From assembly GCA_035703635.1 (NCBI GenBank), contig DASSXV010000005.1:10065-74064 (forward strand): a stretch of DNA of 64,000 nt, given 5' to 3'. Within the stretch, counting starts at the first letter, position 1, and each line of letters begins with the position of its first letter. Below the pieces are notes generated by a model, which was not told the origin of the DNA, did no database searches, and was given only the letters and a program-made list of their open reading frames with translations. The translations under genes were made by a program, and so were the position numbers. Below are positions 16,335 through 26,530 of the stretch, one piece after another. Source of the DNA: Trueperaceae bacterium. Its GTDB lineage: Bacteria > Deinococcota > Deinococci > Deinococcales > Trueperaceae.

Positions 16335-17726
16335 TCAGATCCCGGCAGCCGCTTCGACTGCCAGCGTGACCGTTTGGGCTAGACGCTCGACCATCTCTGC
16401 GTCGGCGCCTTCAACCATGACGCGCACGAGTGGCTCCGTGCCGCTCGGGCGCAGCAACACGCGCCCCGCGTCCTTGAGCTCGGCCCCCGCTGCGTGCACG
16501 GCTGCCACCACGCTAGGGTGCGCGGCCACCTCATCGCGCGCGCCCGGCGCGACCCGAACGTTCTTGAGCACCTGCGGGTAGACGGGGATGTCATCCATCC
16601 ACGCCTCCAGGCTGCGGCCGGACTTGCGCACGGCGGCCAGCGTTAGCAGGGCCGTGAGCATGCCGTCGCCGGTTGGTGCCTTGTCGAGGAACAGGAGATG
16701 GCCGGACTGCTCCCCGCCGAGCGTGAGGCCCAAGCGCTTGAGCTCCTCAAACACGTAACGGTCACCTACCTTGGCGCGGTGCATCGTCGTGCCGTGAGCC
16801 CTCAAGTAGTTCTCTGCACCCAAGTTGCTCATCAAAGTCGCCACCAACGCGGTCTCGCCGCGCGACAGCGCAGTGATGGCAAGCATGTGATCGCCCGTCA
16901 CCACGCGACCTTTCGCGTCGATGAGTAGCGCGCGGTCAGCGTCGCCATCGAAAGTAACGCCAACTTCGAACCCGCCCTCGATCACGTGCTTGGCCAGCGT
17001 TTCGGGGTGAGTCGAGCCGCAGTCAACGTTGATGTTCAGGCCGGTGGGTTCCGCGTTGAGGACCTCGAGCCGCGCGCCCAGCTTGGCGAACAGTTGAGGC
17101 GCGATGAGATGACTAGCGCCGTTGGCGCAATCGATGACTACGCGCATGCCGTCGAGGTAAGGGGCGTTGTCCAAAAGGTGCTTGACGTAGCCGTTCAGAA
17201 TGCTGGCGCCAGCGCCGTTGCCGCTGGCGTGACTGTCCCATGGCCTGGCCATCGTCACGCTTCCGATGCGCGCGCCCGTGATGTCCTCGAGTTCGTCGCC
17301 GCCGGGCTCACCCATGCGCTCCACTAGCGCCTCGATCTCGGCCTCCACCTCGTCAGACAACTTCTCACCGTTGCGATCGAAGAGCTTGAGGCCGTTATCT
17401 GCGAACGGGTTGTGACTCGCCGAGACGACGAGGCCGGCGTCCGCGCCCATGGCACGCGTTAGGAACGAAACACCTGGCGTTGGGATCACGCCAAGCCACG
17501 TCACGTGCGCCCCGCGCGCGGTGAGGCCGGCCGCGGCTGCGTGCGCGAGCATCACGCCGGAACGCCGCGTGTCCATACCGATCAGCACGTGGGGCTGGCC
17601 TCCGCCAGTGGGGTGAACCGTCTCGGCCACCGCCATGCCAAGCCGTAGCGCGAACGTCGCCGTCATCGGGTGCATGCCCGCCACGCCACGAACGCCATCA
17701 GTGCCGAAGTAACGCCTAATCGCCAT
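16335..17726 (-). CDS. glmM: Phosphoglucosamine mutase
   Basis: FGTDGVRG, SASHNP, FDGDADR, GGEQSGH, RPSGTEP; TATCAT -10 lies 7 nt before ATG 17726. Confidence 0.95.
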   Translation of the reverse strand: MAIRRYFGTDGVRGVAGMHPMTATFALRLGMAVAETVHPTGGGQPHVLIGMDTRRSGVMLAHAAAAGLTARGAHVTWLGVIPTPGVSFLTRAMGADAGLVVSASHNPFADNGLKLFDRNGEKLSDEVEAEIEALVERMGEPGGDELEDITGARIGSVTMARPWDSHASGNGAGASILNGYVKHLLDNAPYLDGMRVVIDCANGASHLIAPQLFAKLGARLEVLNAEPTGLNINVDCGSTHPETLAKHVIEGGFEVGVTFDGDADRALLIDAKGRVVTGDHMLAITALSRGETALVATLMSNLGAENYLRAHGTTMHRAKVGDRYVFEELKRLGLTLGGEQSGHLLFLDKAPTGDGMLTALLTLAAVRKSGRSLEAWMDDIPVYPQVLKNVRVAPGARDEVAAHPSVVAAVHAAGAELKDAGRVLLRPSGTEPLVRVMVEGADAEMVERLAQTVTLAVEAAAGI

Positions 17727-17768
17727 GCGCGCCATGATAACCGGGCGCTCGACAGTCTCAGTCGTTGG

Positions 17769-20384
17769 TCACTTCGCGTCCTGCCAGTTGCGGCCAAGGC
17801 CGACCGCGGCCTCGAGCGGCACCTTCAACTCGACGACCTGCGCCATGATCCGGTGCACGAGCGGCGCCGCTTCGTCAGAGCGCGACTCCGGCACTTCCGC
17901 CACGATCTCGTCATGCACTTGCAGGAGCAGGCGTCCACCAACCCCGGCAAGCGCCGGCGCCAGTTCCAGCATGGCTAGTTTCATGACGTCCGCCGCGCTG
18001 CCCTGGATGGGCATGTTGTAAGCCACGCGCTCGGCGGCCTCGCGCACGCTGCGGTTCGGGCTGAGCAGGTCTGGCACCGCGCGGCGCCGCCCCATGATCG
18101 TTTCGACGTACCCGGACTCCCGAGCAGCCGCGAGCGTGTCGTCGATGTAGGCGCGCACGCGCGGGTAGCGCAGGAAGTAGGTCTTGATGAAAGCGTCGGC
18201 GCGCTCGTAGCTGATCTCCAGCTCGCGGCTCAGGCGTTGGGCCGACATGCCGTACAGCACGCCGAAGTTGATGACCTTCGCGATGCGCCGCATGTCTGAG
18301 GTGACGGCGGAGGGCTCAACGCCATACACGCTGGCGGCTGTGCTGCGGTGGATGTCCTCGCCCGCCTTGAACGCCTTGATGAGGGCGGGTTCGTCCGCGA
18401 TGTGCGCCAGCAACCTCAACTCGATCTGCGAGTAGTCTGCCACCAAGAGCAGCTGCCCCGGGGCGGCGATGAAAGCCCGCCTCACCTCCCGGCCGCGTTC
18501 CGTGCGCACCGGCACGTTCTGTAAGTTCGGGTTCACGCTTGAGAGTCGCCCGGTAGCCACGACCGCCTGCTCGAAAGTCGTGTGAACCCGGCCGCCGGCA
18601 TCCGCCAATGCGGGCAGCGGGTCTAGATAAGTGCCCTTGAGCTTGGCGATCTCGCGGTGCTCGAGCACCAAGTCGACCGCCTCATGCTGGCCGCGCAGCG
18701 GCTCGATGGCGCTGACCGACGTGCTCTGCTTGCCCGTTGCGGTTCGCTGCCCTGCGCGTAGCCCGAGTTTCTCGAAGAGGAGCCAAGCGACTTGATCGCG
18801 CGAGGCGACGTTGAACTCAGGGGTGCCGGCGATGTCCACCAAGCGGCTTTCGAGCGCTGCCATCTCGAGGCCAGCCTCGTCAGAGAGCTGCCGCAACAAG
18901 CCGACATCGAGCTGCACTCCAGCCACCTCCATGTCGGCAAGTACGGCCTGGAGGGGGCGTTCGATGCGTTCGTACACCTCGAGTTGCGAGCCGCTCAACC
19001 TGGAACTCATGAGGCGCAACAGTTCGGCCCCAACGACGGCGTGGTCGCGGGCGGTCTCTCCCCACTCGCCCGCGCCAAGACGCCGGGCCAAAGCTTCCGG
19101 CGAGGCGCCGACGGAATCGAGCAAGTAGGCCATGAGGAGCGGGTCGTCGCCGGGCACGGCGCCGACGGCACCGTTCATGCGGGCGGCGACGACCAGCGCC
19201 TTGGCGTCGGGCGCGTTGACTGTGCCGCCGAGGTACTTGGCAGCGTGGTGGCTGGCGCCGAGCGGGGGTGAGGAGGCAACCACGCCAGGGCTAGCCCCGC
19301 CGTCGCCACCTTGACCAACGGCGAGCGCCAGCTCGACGACGAGGGCCGCGGTCGGCCGCACATCGCTGAGGCGGTACCCGTACGACCACGTGCCACCGGC
19401 GGCGGCCTTGGCCTGCACCTCGTCCCACTCCGCGTCGACGAAGGTCACCCGCTCCACCAGGCCCAGTTCGTGGAGCAAGCTGCCGAACTCGAGTTCGCGC
19501 AGGGCGGCCGTCAGCTCCTCGCGTTGCACTTCGCGCTCGCCCGCCGGCGTTGGCACGAGCTCAACGGGCGCGTCAGTGACGATGCGCGACAGCTCATGTG
19601 AGAGTTCGAGTTCGGCGCGCGACGCGCGGATGGCGGCCGCCTGCGGCTGACTGGGTAGGCCGTCGAGGTCGGCAAGTACGGCGTCGAGGCTGCCATAACG
19701 CTCGAGCAGCCCGCGAGCGGCGACAGGCCCGATGCCCTTTACACCTGGGATGTTGTCTGACGAGTCGCCAGTCAGGGCGCGGTAATCGACCCACTGTGCT
19801 GGCGTCACGCCGTACTTCGCCTTGACGGCGGCCGGGTCCATGCGCTGCTTGCCGTCCGGGCTTACGACCGTCACGCGCTCACTGACTAGCTGCAGTGCGT
19901 CCCGGTCGCTTGTCACGATCTCCACGTCCCAGCCGTCCGCGCTCTCGCGCGTGGCCAGTGAGCCGATCAGGTCATCCGCTTCGAGGCCAGGCTGCTCGAC
20001 GCGCGTCACCCCCAGCAGGTCGACGATGCCCTTGATGGCGTTCAGTTGCAGCGGGAAGTCTTCAGGGGTCGGCGCGCGTTGGGCTTTGTACTCCTCGAAG
20101 CGCTCTTTGCGGAACGTCCTGGCCGGGGCGTCGAACGCGATGACCAGACTGTCGTCCGGCGCCAAGCCGTTGAGGAGTTCGAGAAGCGCCCGCACGAAAC
20201 CGTAGATGGCGTTGGTCGGCATGCCGCTCGTGGTCGACAGTTGCCGGATGGCGAAGTACGCGCGGTATGCCAGGCCGTGACCGTCGACCAGCACGAGCCG
20301 CCGGCCGCGCTTTACCGCAGGCGTCGGCTCGGGCACCGCGCCGAACAGGTCGGCTTGGTGGTTGGTTGGCGGCTGCTTCGCCAC
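17769..20384 (-). CDS. polA: DNA polymerase I
   Basis: 5'-3' exonuclease LVDGHGLAYR; polymerase motifs DYSQIELR, KVINFGVLYG, QVHDE. Confidence 0.97.
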   Translation of the reverse strand: MAKQPPTNHQADLFGAVPEPTPAVKRGRRLVLVDGHGLAYRAYFAIRQLSTTSGMPTNAIYGFVRALLELLNGLAPDDSLVIAFDAPARTFRKERFEEYKAQRAPTPEDFPLQLNAIKGIVDLLGVTRVEQPGLEADDLIGSLATRESADGWDVEIVTSDRDALQLVSERVTVVSPDGKQRMDPAAVKAKYGVTPAQWVDYRALTGDSSDNIPGVKGIGPVAARGLLERYGSLDAVLADLDGLPSQPQAAAIRASRAELELSHELSRIVTDAPVELVPTPAGEREVQREELTAALRELEFGSLLHELGLVERVTFVDAEWDEVQAKAAAGGTWSYGYRLSDVRPTAALVVELALAVGQGGDGGASPGVVASSPPLGASHHAAKYLGGTVNAPDAKALVVAARMNGAVGAVPGDDPLLMAYLLDSVGASPEALARRLGAGEWGETARDHAVVGAELLRLMSSRLSGSQLEVYERIERPLQAVLADMEVAGVQLDVGLLRQLSDEAGLEMAALESRLVDIAGTPEFNVASRDQVAWLLFEKLGLRAGQRTATGKQSTSVSAIEPLRGQHEAVDLVLEHREIAKLKGTYLDPLPALADAGGRVHTTFEQAVVATGRLSSVNPNLQNVPVRTERGREVRRAFIAAPGQLLLVADYSQIELRLLAHIADEPALIKAFKAGEDIHRSTAASVYGVEPSAVTSDMRRIAKVINFGVLYGMSAQRLSRELEISYERADAFIKTYFLRYPRVRAYIDDTLAAARESGYVETIMGRRRAVPDLLSPNRSVREAAERVAYNMPIQGSAADVMKLAMLELAPALAGVGGRLLLQVHDEIVAEVPESRSDEAAPLVHRIMAQVVELKVPLEAAVGLGRNWQDAK

Positions 20385-20385
20385 G

Positions 20386-21135
20386 TCACACGTTCCAACC
20401 GCCGGCGACTTCCAGGGTCGTGCCGGTCACGTAATCGGCGGCTGGGCTAATGAAGTACCTCACGGCGCCGACGATCTCGTCGAGGCGCCCGACGCGGCCC
20501 ATGGGCAACTCCTGCAGCGGGGACGAGATGCTGTTCTCGATGACGCCGGGGCTGACGACGTTGACCGTCACCCCGGAACTGGCCTCGGTGAGTGCGAGCG
20601 CCTTCGAGTAGAGGATGACGCCCGTTTTCGCGATGCCGTACGCCACGATGCCAGGCCGCGCCTTCACTAGTTCGGCCCCGGCGTACCCGATGTTCACGAT
20701 GCGCCCGCCGCGCGGCGCCAGGCGCAGGTAGGGCACGGCGCGCTGGCAGGTATAGAACGTCGAGTTGAGGCTGCTGTCGAGCATGGCGTGCCACACTTCG
20801 CTCGAGAGGTCGGCAAGTGGCCCGTGGTGGTAATCACCAACGTTGTTGACCAGCACGTCGAGGCGCCCGAAAAGGGAGTAGGCGGCGTCGACCAGGCCGC
20901 GCGCCTGCGCCTCGACGGTGACGTCGGCAGCAACGGCAACCGCGTGCGCGCCGAGACCCGTTGCCGTCTCGACAACGGCCTCCGCCTCCGACTGGCTGCG
21001 GCGGTAGTGCACCATCACGTCGTAACCGTCGGCCGCCAACGCGAGGAGTATGGCCTTCCCTATGCCCTTGGCCGAGCCCGTCACCAGCGCGGCTGGCCGC
21101 TGGCCGAACGGCCCGGTGGTAGTCGGTGCGCTCAT
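20386..21135 (-). CDS. SDR oxidoreductase (TmpR/pteridine reductase-like)
   Basis: TGSAKGIG, NNVG, YGIAK; ATG 21135 overlaps the upstream stop. Confidence 0.85.
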   Translation of the reverse strand: MSAPTTTGPFGQRPAALVTGSAKGIGKAILLALAADGYDVMVHYRRSQSEAEAVVETATGLGAHAVAVAADVTVEAQARGLVDAAYSLFGRLDVLVNNVGDYHHGPLADLSSEVWHAMLDSSLNSTFYTCQRAVPYLRLAPRGGRIVNIGYAGAELVKARPGIVAYGIAKTGVILYSKALALTEASSGVTVNVVSPGVIENSISSPLQELPMGRVGRLDEIVGAVRYFISPAADYVTGTTLEVAGGWNV

Positions 21136-21944
21136 GCTGGCACCGCCGTTGACCGGTACCGCAGCACGCGGACGGCCTGAACGAGCAACAGGTAGGGCAG
21201 TTGGGCCCAAGCGATCATGACGTAAGCGTAAGGCATGCCCAGCGCGAGGGCCACGCCCAGTAGCAGGTACTGGCTGCTTAACCCAAGGTTGACCAGTGCG
21301 CCGGTCGAGAACAGGTCGTCCCAGCGCTGGAGCTCGGCGGCACTTGCCGCGCTCGAAGGCTTGCCGGCGGCGGCGCGGAAGAGCCAAGCGTCGAGGGCGG
21401 CGTAGGCACGGTCTTGCGGTGCCAAGATCAGGCGGTAGGCGCCGCGCACGAGGGCGAGCGCCCACGGCCACGCGCCTGGCGGTGCGACCGATGGTGCGAG
21501 TGAACCGCGAGCCAGCTTGTAGCGCCGCTCCGCGTTGAAGTCGGCGGTTAGTACCAGGGTGACGATGACGAAGGCAACCACGGCGCCGCTCACCTGCCCG
21601 TGCCTCGCCAAGGCCGCGAACAGTGCGATGTTCACGAGTAGGTCGCAGACGGTATCGAAGTAGCGGCCGAACTCGCTGATGCGCTGCGTTGCGCGCGCAA
21701 GGCCGCCGTCAGCGTTGTCAAGCACCGTCTTCACTTGCAGCAGTACCGCCGCGACGATCCAAGCGGTCGGCTGCCAGGTGGCCACTAACGCAGCCGCCAC
21801 GAAGCCGATGACGGTGTGCACGGCAACGACGTGCCACGGCTCAACGCGCGTCCTCGCCAGAAGCGCAACCGTGGCGTTCGCGAGGGGCTGCACGACTAGC
21901 ATCACTACCTCACGGCGTGGGCGCGGCTTGGCTGCTGGCGGCAT
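21132..21944 (-). CDS. CDP-alcohol phosphatidyltransferase family protein
   Basis: DNADGGLAR...GRYFDTVCD signature. Confidence 0.9.
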   Translation of the reverse strand: MPPAAKPRPRREVVMLVVQPLANATVALLARTRVEPWHVVAVHTVIGFVAAALVATWQPTAWIVAAVLLQVKTVLDNADGGLARATQRISEFGRYFDTVCDLLVNIALFAALARHGQVSGAVVAFVIVTLVLTADFNAERRYKLARGSLAPSVAPPGAWPWALALVRGAYRLILAPQDRAYAALDAWLFRAAAGKPSSAASAAELQRWDDLFSTGALVNLGLSSQYLLLGVALALGMPYAYVMIAWAQLPYLLLVQAVRVLRYRSTAVPA

Positions 21945-22033
21945 GCAACTAGGCTAGCAGGCGCGGCCAGGCGGTTATCATCTGCCATCTGCAGTCGTGC
22001 GCACCGCAATGCCTGGACGGGAGGCCTCCTAAG

Positions 22034-22225
22034 ATGGACGTCAACTTCAAGCTTGTCACCTCGAACAGCGTCGAGCACTTCGAACGCCGCCTCAACGAGT
22101 TCGTCGCTGGGCTGGACCGCAATGATGTCGTCGTGGACGTCAAGTTCTCCACAGCTACTTATGGCGAGGGCGTCGAGTTCAGCGCCCTAGTGCAGTACCA
22201 GACGACTTCTGAGTGGCACGAGTAA
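22034..22225 (+). CDS. Small hypothetical protein (63 aa)
   Basis: GGAGG RBS, clean ORF with GC-rich third positions. Confidence 0.7.
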   Translation: MDVNFKLVTSNSVEHFERRLNEFVAGLDRNDVVVDVKFSTATYGEGVEFSALVQYQTTSEWHE

Positions 22226-22325
22226 GGGTGAAGGGGGCCGGGCCTGCTGGGCGCAGCGCGGTCCCGATGCGTGAGGGTCGGGAACTTCATAAATCTCGCG
22301 CTTGGCGCGCTGGTAGACTTCGCTC

Positions 22326-23375
22326 GTGACGGCAACACTGGTGCTAGTCGTCGATGACGAAGCAGCCATGCTCAAGGTCAGTGAACTGACGTTGGTTTCG
22401 GCGGGTTACGCGGTCATAGCCTTCGACGACCCGCGCGAGGCACTCGCCGAGTTGCGGGACGGCCTCCGGCCGGACGTCGTCGTGTCCGACATCTCCATGC
22501 CGCCGATGGACGGTTTCGAGTTCTACGGCAACGTGCGGCAGATACCGGAGCTGCGCAGCGTTCCCTTCCTCTTCCTCACGGCCCTCGAGGACCGCGCTTC
22601 CATGCGCAAAGGCATGACCCTGGGCGCGGACGACTACCTAACGAAGCCGGTGCAGAAAGACGAACTCCTGGAGGCAGTCAAGGTGAGGTTGTGGCGCCTG
22701 GCCGAGCTGCGCCGCCCACTGACTGGCGTCGTCGCGGCACACGGCTTCGGGCACCCGATGGTGCTGCGTGAGGGCGAACGCCTCGACTGGGACTCCCTCA
22801 AGGCGCTCGAACTGCTCTTCTACCTCCTCGAGCACCGTTCAGGCGTCACGACCTTCGAGGTCGCCGAGGCGCTGTGGCCGGGCAAGACGGAGTCGAAGGC
22901 GTCCAGCAGCTTTCACACCACGCTTTACCGCCTGCGCAAGGTCATGGGCGGCGAGCTAGTCGAGAGCGCGAACCGCCGTTACTACCTGCACGACAAGTTC
23001 CAGATCGACTACGACGTCGACTCGTACCGCAAGCTGGCGCGCAAGGCGCGCGAGAACGGCGAGCTGCGCGACTACATGGCGGCCATCCGCCTCTATTCCG
23101 GGCACTTCCTCGCCGGGTTCGACTCGACGTGGGTAGACAACATCCGCCTCAACCTGCAGGCCTCGCACCTCTCACTGCTCGAGATGGCCGCCGCGGCCGC
23201 CGTCGCTGACGGCGACCTCCCGCAGGCGACCATGTTCTACCAGTTGATGACAGAGCACGAACCTTACAGCGAGACCGCGTGGGAGGGCCTTGCGGACACG
23301 TGGGAGGCGCGCGGCGAACGCGGTCGTGCAGCCGAGGCGCGGGAACGGTTCGAGAGATTCATGGATGAAGGCTGA
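22326..23375 (+). CDS. Response regulator, receiver + SARP-type wHTH/BTAD
   Basis: VVDD, SDISMP.MDG, DYLTKP receiver; LYRLRK wHTH; LYSGHFL..W BTAD. Confidence 0.88.
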   Translation: MTATLVLVVDDEAAMLKVSELTLVSAGYAVIAFDDPREALAELRDGLRPDVVVSDISMPPMDGFEFYGNVRQIPELRSVPFLFLTALEDRASMRKGMTLGADDYLTKPVQKDELLEAVKVRLWRLAELRRPLTGVVAAHGFGHPMVLREGERLDWDSLKALELLFYLLEHRSGVTTFEVAEALWPGKTESKASSSFHTTLYRLRKVMGGELVESANRRYYLHDKFQIDYDVDSYRKLARKARENGELRDYMAAIRLYSGHFLAGFDSTWVDNIRLNLQASHLSLLEMAAAAAVADGDLPQATMFYQLMTEHEPYSETAWEGLADTWEARGERGRAAEARERFERFMDEG

Positions 23376-23443
23376 GCCAGCACCGGTCTGGTCGCGGTAA
23401 GCTGCCTCGCCGGTCGGCGTAGGCCACTAGCGAAGGAGTGTTC

Positions 23444-24250
23444 ATGTACAGCATCGACCTCACCGGTAAAACCGGCCTCGTCATGGGAGTAGCCAACCAG
23501 CGGTCTTTGGCGTGGGCCATCGCCCAGCCGCTCGCTCAGGCAGGCGCTCGCCTCGCGTTCAGCTACCAAGCTGAGCGGCTGAGGCCAGCTCTCGACAAGC
23601 TCACCGAGGACCTGAAAGACCCGCTGCTCCTCGAGTGCGACGTGGGTGACGACGCCGCACTCGACCGCATGTTCGCTGCGGTCGGCGAGGAGTTCGGCAA
23701 GCTCGACTACCTGGTGCACGCCCTCGCGTTCGCCCCCGCCAACACGTTCTCCAACCCGTTCGTCGAGACCTCGCGCCAGGACTGGCAGACCGCCATGGAC
23801 GTCAGCGCCTACTCGCTCGTCGCCTCGACGAAGCGCGCCGCCGAACTGATGGGCCCCGGCGGCAGCGTCGTGACCTTGAGTTACTTGGCGGCCGAGCGCG
23901 TTGTGCCGCACTACAACATGATGGGCGTGGCGAAGGCGGCGCTAGAGGCTAGCGTCCGTTACCTCGGTTACGACCTAGGGCCGCGCGGCATCCGCGTGAA
24001 CGCCATCAGCGCTGGCGCGGTGCGCACCATCGCGGCGCGCTCCATCGCAGGCTTCGGCGACCTCTACACGCAGGCAGGCGAGATGTCGATGCTCAAGCGC
24101 AACATCACGCACGAGGAAGTCGGCGGCCTCGGCCTGTCGCTCCTCGTCGAGCAGCTAGGCGGCGGCATCACGGGCGAGACGGTTTACGTTGACGCCGGTT
24201 TTCACGCCATCGGGTTGTTCGTGCCACCTAACCTGCAAGACCAGTACTGA
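23444..24250 (+). CDS. fabI: Enoyl-ACP reductase
   Basis: MGVANQRSLAWAIA, YNMMGVAKAALE, SAGAVRT. Confidence 0.95.
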   Translation: MYSIDLTGKTGLVMGVANQRSLAWAIAQPLAQAGARLAFSYQAERLRPALDKLTEDLKDPLLLECDVGDDAALDRMFAAVGEEFGKLDYLVHALAFAPANTFSNPFVETSRQDWQTAMDVSAYSLVASTKRAAELMGPGGSVVTLSYLAAERVVPHYNMMGVAKAALEASVRYLGYDLGPRGIRVNAISAGAVRTIAARSIAGFGDLYTQAGEMSMLKRNITHEEVGGLGLSLLVEQLGGGITGETVYVDAGFHAIGLFVPPNLQDQY

Positions 24251-24318
24251 AGCGCGAACCTTCCAAGACGGCCCCGGGAGTTGTGAACTACCTCCGGGGC
24301 CGGGCTATACTCGCGCCC

Positions 24319-24372
24319 ATGACGTTCCTCCACCGTTGGACAGGGGCCCTTGGCCGATGGCGGCGCTGCTAA
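24319..24372 (+). CDS. Candidate trp leader peptide MTFLHRWTGALGRWRRC
   Basis: TATACT -10 at 24306 lies 7 nt before ATG; two Trp codons; directly upstream of trpE. Confidence 0.55.
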   Translation: MTFLHRWTGALGRWRRC

Positions 24373-24452
24373 CGCGCTCCTACAGCCCGCTGCGCCGCAA
24401 GTGCGCGGCCGCACGTTATTGACCCCCTAAGTCCACGAACGGAGACCCCCGC

Positions 24453-25910
24453 ATGCAGCACGCCACCCGTACTGGCTCCACGCCTAGTTCGCCGCTTCGC
24501 CCTACTCGCCCAGTGTTCCGCGAGGTCCTGGCGGACCTCGAGACGCCGCTAACCGTTTACCTCAAGCTCGCCGGTCACCCTTCCTTCCTCCTCGAGAGCG
24601 TCGAGCAGGGTGAGCGGGTGGCGCGTTACTCGTTCATCGGCACGGGCCAGCGCATGCGCTTGGAAGCGCGGGGCTCCATGGTCACCCTCTCTAGACCGAG
24701 CGGCACGACCACCTTCGAGTCAAACGACCCGCTGCGTGTCCTGTGGGACGAGGTCGTGCGCGAAACGGAACCGGCTTCCGGCCTGCCTGCGTTCTGGTCA
24801 GGTGCGGTCGGGTACGCGGCGTACGACATCGTGCGCCAGTACGAGCGCCTCCCTGACAACAACCCGGACACTATCGGGGCGCCGGACCTGCTGTTCGTCG
24901 AACCCGAACTCGTCGTCGTGTTCGATCACCTCAAACGCCGGCTGTTCATCACCGCAGCTGCGGTAGTCGGCGATGCAGCGGACACGGCCCGCGCGCAGTC
25001 CCTGGTCGACACGGCATACGACCGCCTGCGTGGGCCGCTGCCCGGGGTGCCAGGGGACCGCGCCGGGCGCCTGACCGAGTTCGAGGCCAGCGTCAGCCGC
25101 GAGGAGTACATGGCGGCCGTCGCGCGCGCCGTCGAGTACGTGCATGCGGGCGACGTGTTCCAGGTCGTCCCGAGCCTGCGCCTGTCGGCTGAGCTTGGCG
25201 CCCACCCGTTCGCCATCTACCGCGCACTGCGCACTGTCAACCCAAGCCCGTACCTCGGTTACCTGGACCTGGGAGGCGTGACCCTCGTCGCTAGTAGCCC
25301 TGAGAGCCTCGTCCGGTCCGACGGGTCGCGGGTCGAGACCCTGCCGATCGCCGGCACGAGGCCGCGCGGCGCCGACGCGCAAGAAGACGACAGGCTCGCA
25401 GAGGAACTCCTGACAGACGAGAAGGAGCGCGCCGAGCACGTCATGCTCGTCGACCTCGGCCGCAACGACCTTGGGCGCGTGAGCGCGGCCGGCAGCGTCA
25501 AGGTGACCGACCTCATGCGCGTGGAGCGCTACAGCCACGTCATGCACATCGTCTCGCAGGTGGAGGGCGTCCTGCAGGCTGGGCGCACGCCGCTAGACGC
25601 CCTCTCGGCCACGCTGCCGATGGGCACGGCCTCGGGCGCCCCTAAAGTGCGCGCCATGGAGATCATCGACGAGCTCGAGACCGTTCGCCGTGGCCCCTAC
25701 GCCGGCGCGTTCGGCTACCTAGCAGCTAGCGGCGCCATGGACATGGCCCTCACCCTCAGGACGATCGTCGTCAAGGACGGCCGCCTTCACCTGCAAGCTG
25801 GCGCGGGCGTGGTCGCCGACTCCGACCCAGCGACGGAGTGGCAGGAGTGCATGAACAAGCTCGCCGCATTAAGGCGCGCGGTGGAGATGGCAACGGCGGG
25901 GCTCGCCTGA
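24453..25910 (+). CDS. trpE: Anthranilate synthase component I
   Basis: DLETP, LLES, NPSPY, PIAGT, EHVMLVDLGRND, GAPKVRAMEII. Confidence 0.95.
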   Translation: MQHATRTGSTPSSPLRPTRPVFREVLADLETPLTVYLKLAGHPSFLLESVEQGERVARYSFIGTGQRMRLEARGSMVTLSRPSGTTTFESNDPLRVLWDEVVRETEPASGLPAFWSGAVGYAAYDIVRQYERLPDNNPDTIGAPDLLFVEPELVVVFDHLKRRLFITAAAVVGDAADTARAQSLVDTAYDRLRGPLPGVPGDRAGRLTEFEASVSREEYMAAVARAVEYVHAGDVFQVVPSLRLSAELGAHPFAIYRALRTVNPSPYLGYLDLGGVTLVASSPESLVRSDGSRVETLPIAGTRPRGADAQEDDRLAEELLTDEKERAEHVMLVDLGRNDLGRVSAAGSVKVTDLMRVERYSHVMHIVSQVEGVLQAGRTPLDALSATLPMGTASGAPKVRAMEIIDELETVRRGPYAGAFGYLAASGAMDMALTLRTIVVKDGRLHLQAGAGVVADSDPATEWQECMNKLAALRRAVEMATAGLA

Positions 25911-26530
25911 TGCCGGCGCCACTCAAGCTGCTGGTGGTGGACAACTACGACTCGTTCACCTACAACCTCGTTCAGTACGCGCTCGAACTAGGTGCGGAGG
26001 TCGTGGTGTGGCGCAACGACGCCTTCGACCTGGAGGCCGTCGCGGAACTAGCTCCTGACGCCCTCTTGATCTCTCCAGGACCGTGCACGCCGGCGGAAGC
26101 CGGCATGTCGCTCGAGCTCGTGCGCAACCTAGGCTCCAGCTACCCGATGTTGGGCGTGTGCCTAGGCCACCAAGTGATAGGCGAGGCGTACGGCGGGCGC
26201 GTGGTGCGCGCCAAGCACCTCGTCCACGGCAAGACGGCGGTGATAGCCAACGACGGCACCGGCGTGTTCGCCGGCCTGCCAGATCACGTCACTGCCACGC
26301 GCTACCATTCGCTGGTGGTCGAGGACCTGCCGGACGCGTTGGTCGCCAACGCCTGGACGACCGAGGCCGACACGGGGGAGAAAGTCGTCATGGGCATGCG
26401 CCACCGTGATTACCCCGTGTGGGGCGTGCAGTTCCACCCAGAGAGCATCCTCACGGAGCACGGTCACGACATGCTAGCCAACTTCCTGCGCTTCGTAATT
26501 GAGCGCAAGGCGGAGGCAAGCGGAGAGTGA
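25910..26530 (+). CDS. trpG: Anthranilate synthase component II (glutamine amidotransferase)
   Basis: DNYDSFTYNL, SPGP, GVCLGHQ, QFHPES; ATG overlaps the trpE stop. Confidence 0.93.
   Translation: MPAPLKLLVVDNYDSFTYNLVQYALELGAEVVVWRNDAFDLEAVAELAPDALLISPGPCTPAEAGMSLELVRNLGSSYPMLGVCLGHQVIGEAYGGRVVRAKHLVHGKTAVIANDGTGVFAGLPDHVTATRYHSLVVEDLPDALVANAWTTEADTGEKVVMGMRHRDYPVWGVQFHPESILTEHGHDMLANFLRFVIERKAEASGE

Noticed and set aside
18950-19450. Degenerate 3'-5' exonuclease region of PolA
   Set aside because: Known property of Deinococcus-Thermus PolA, not novel
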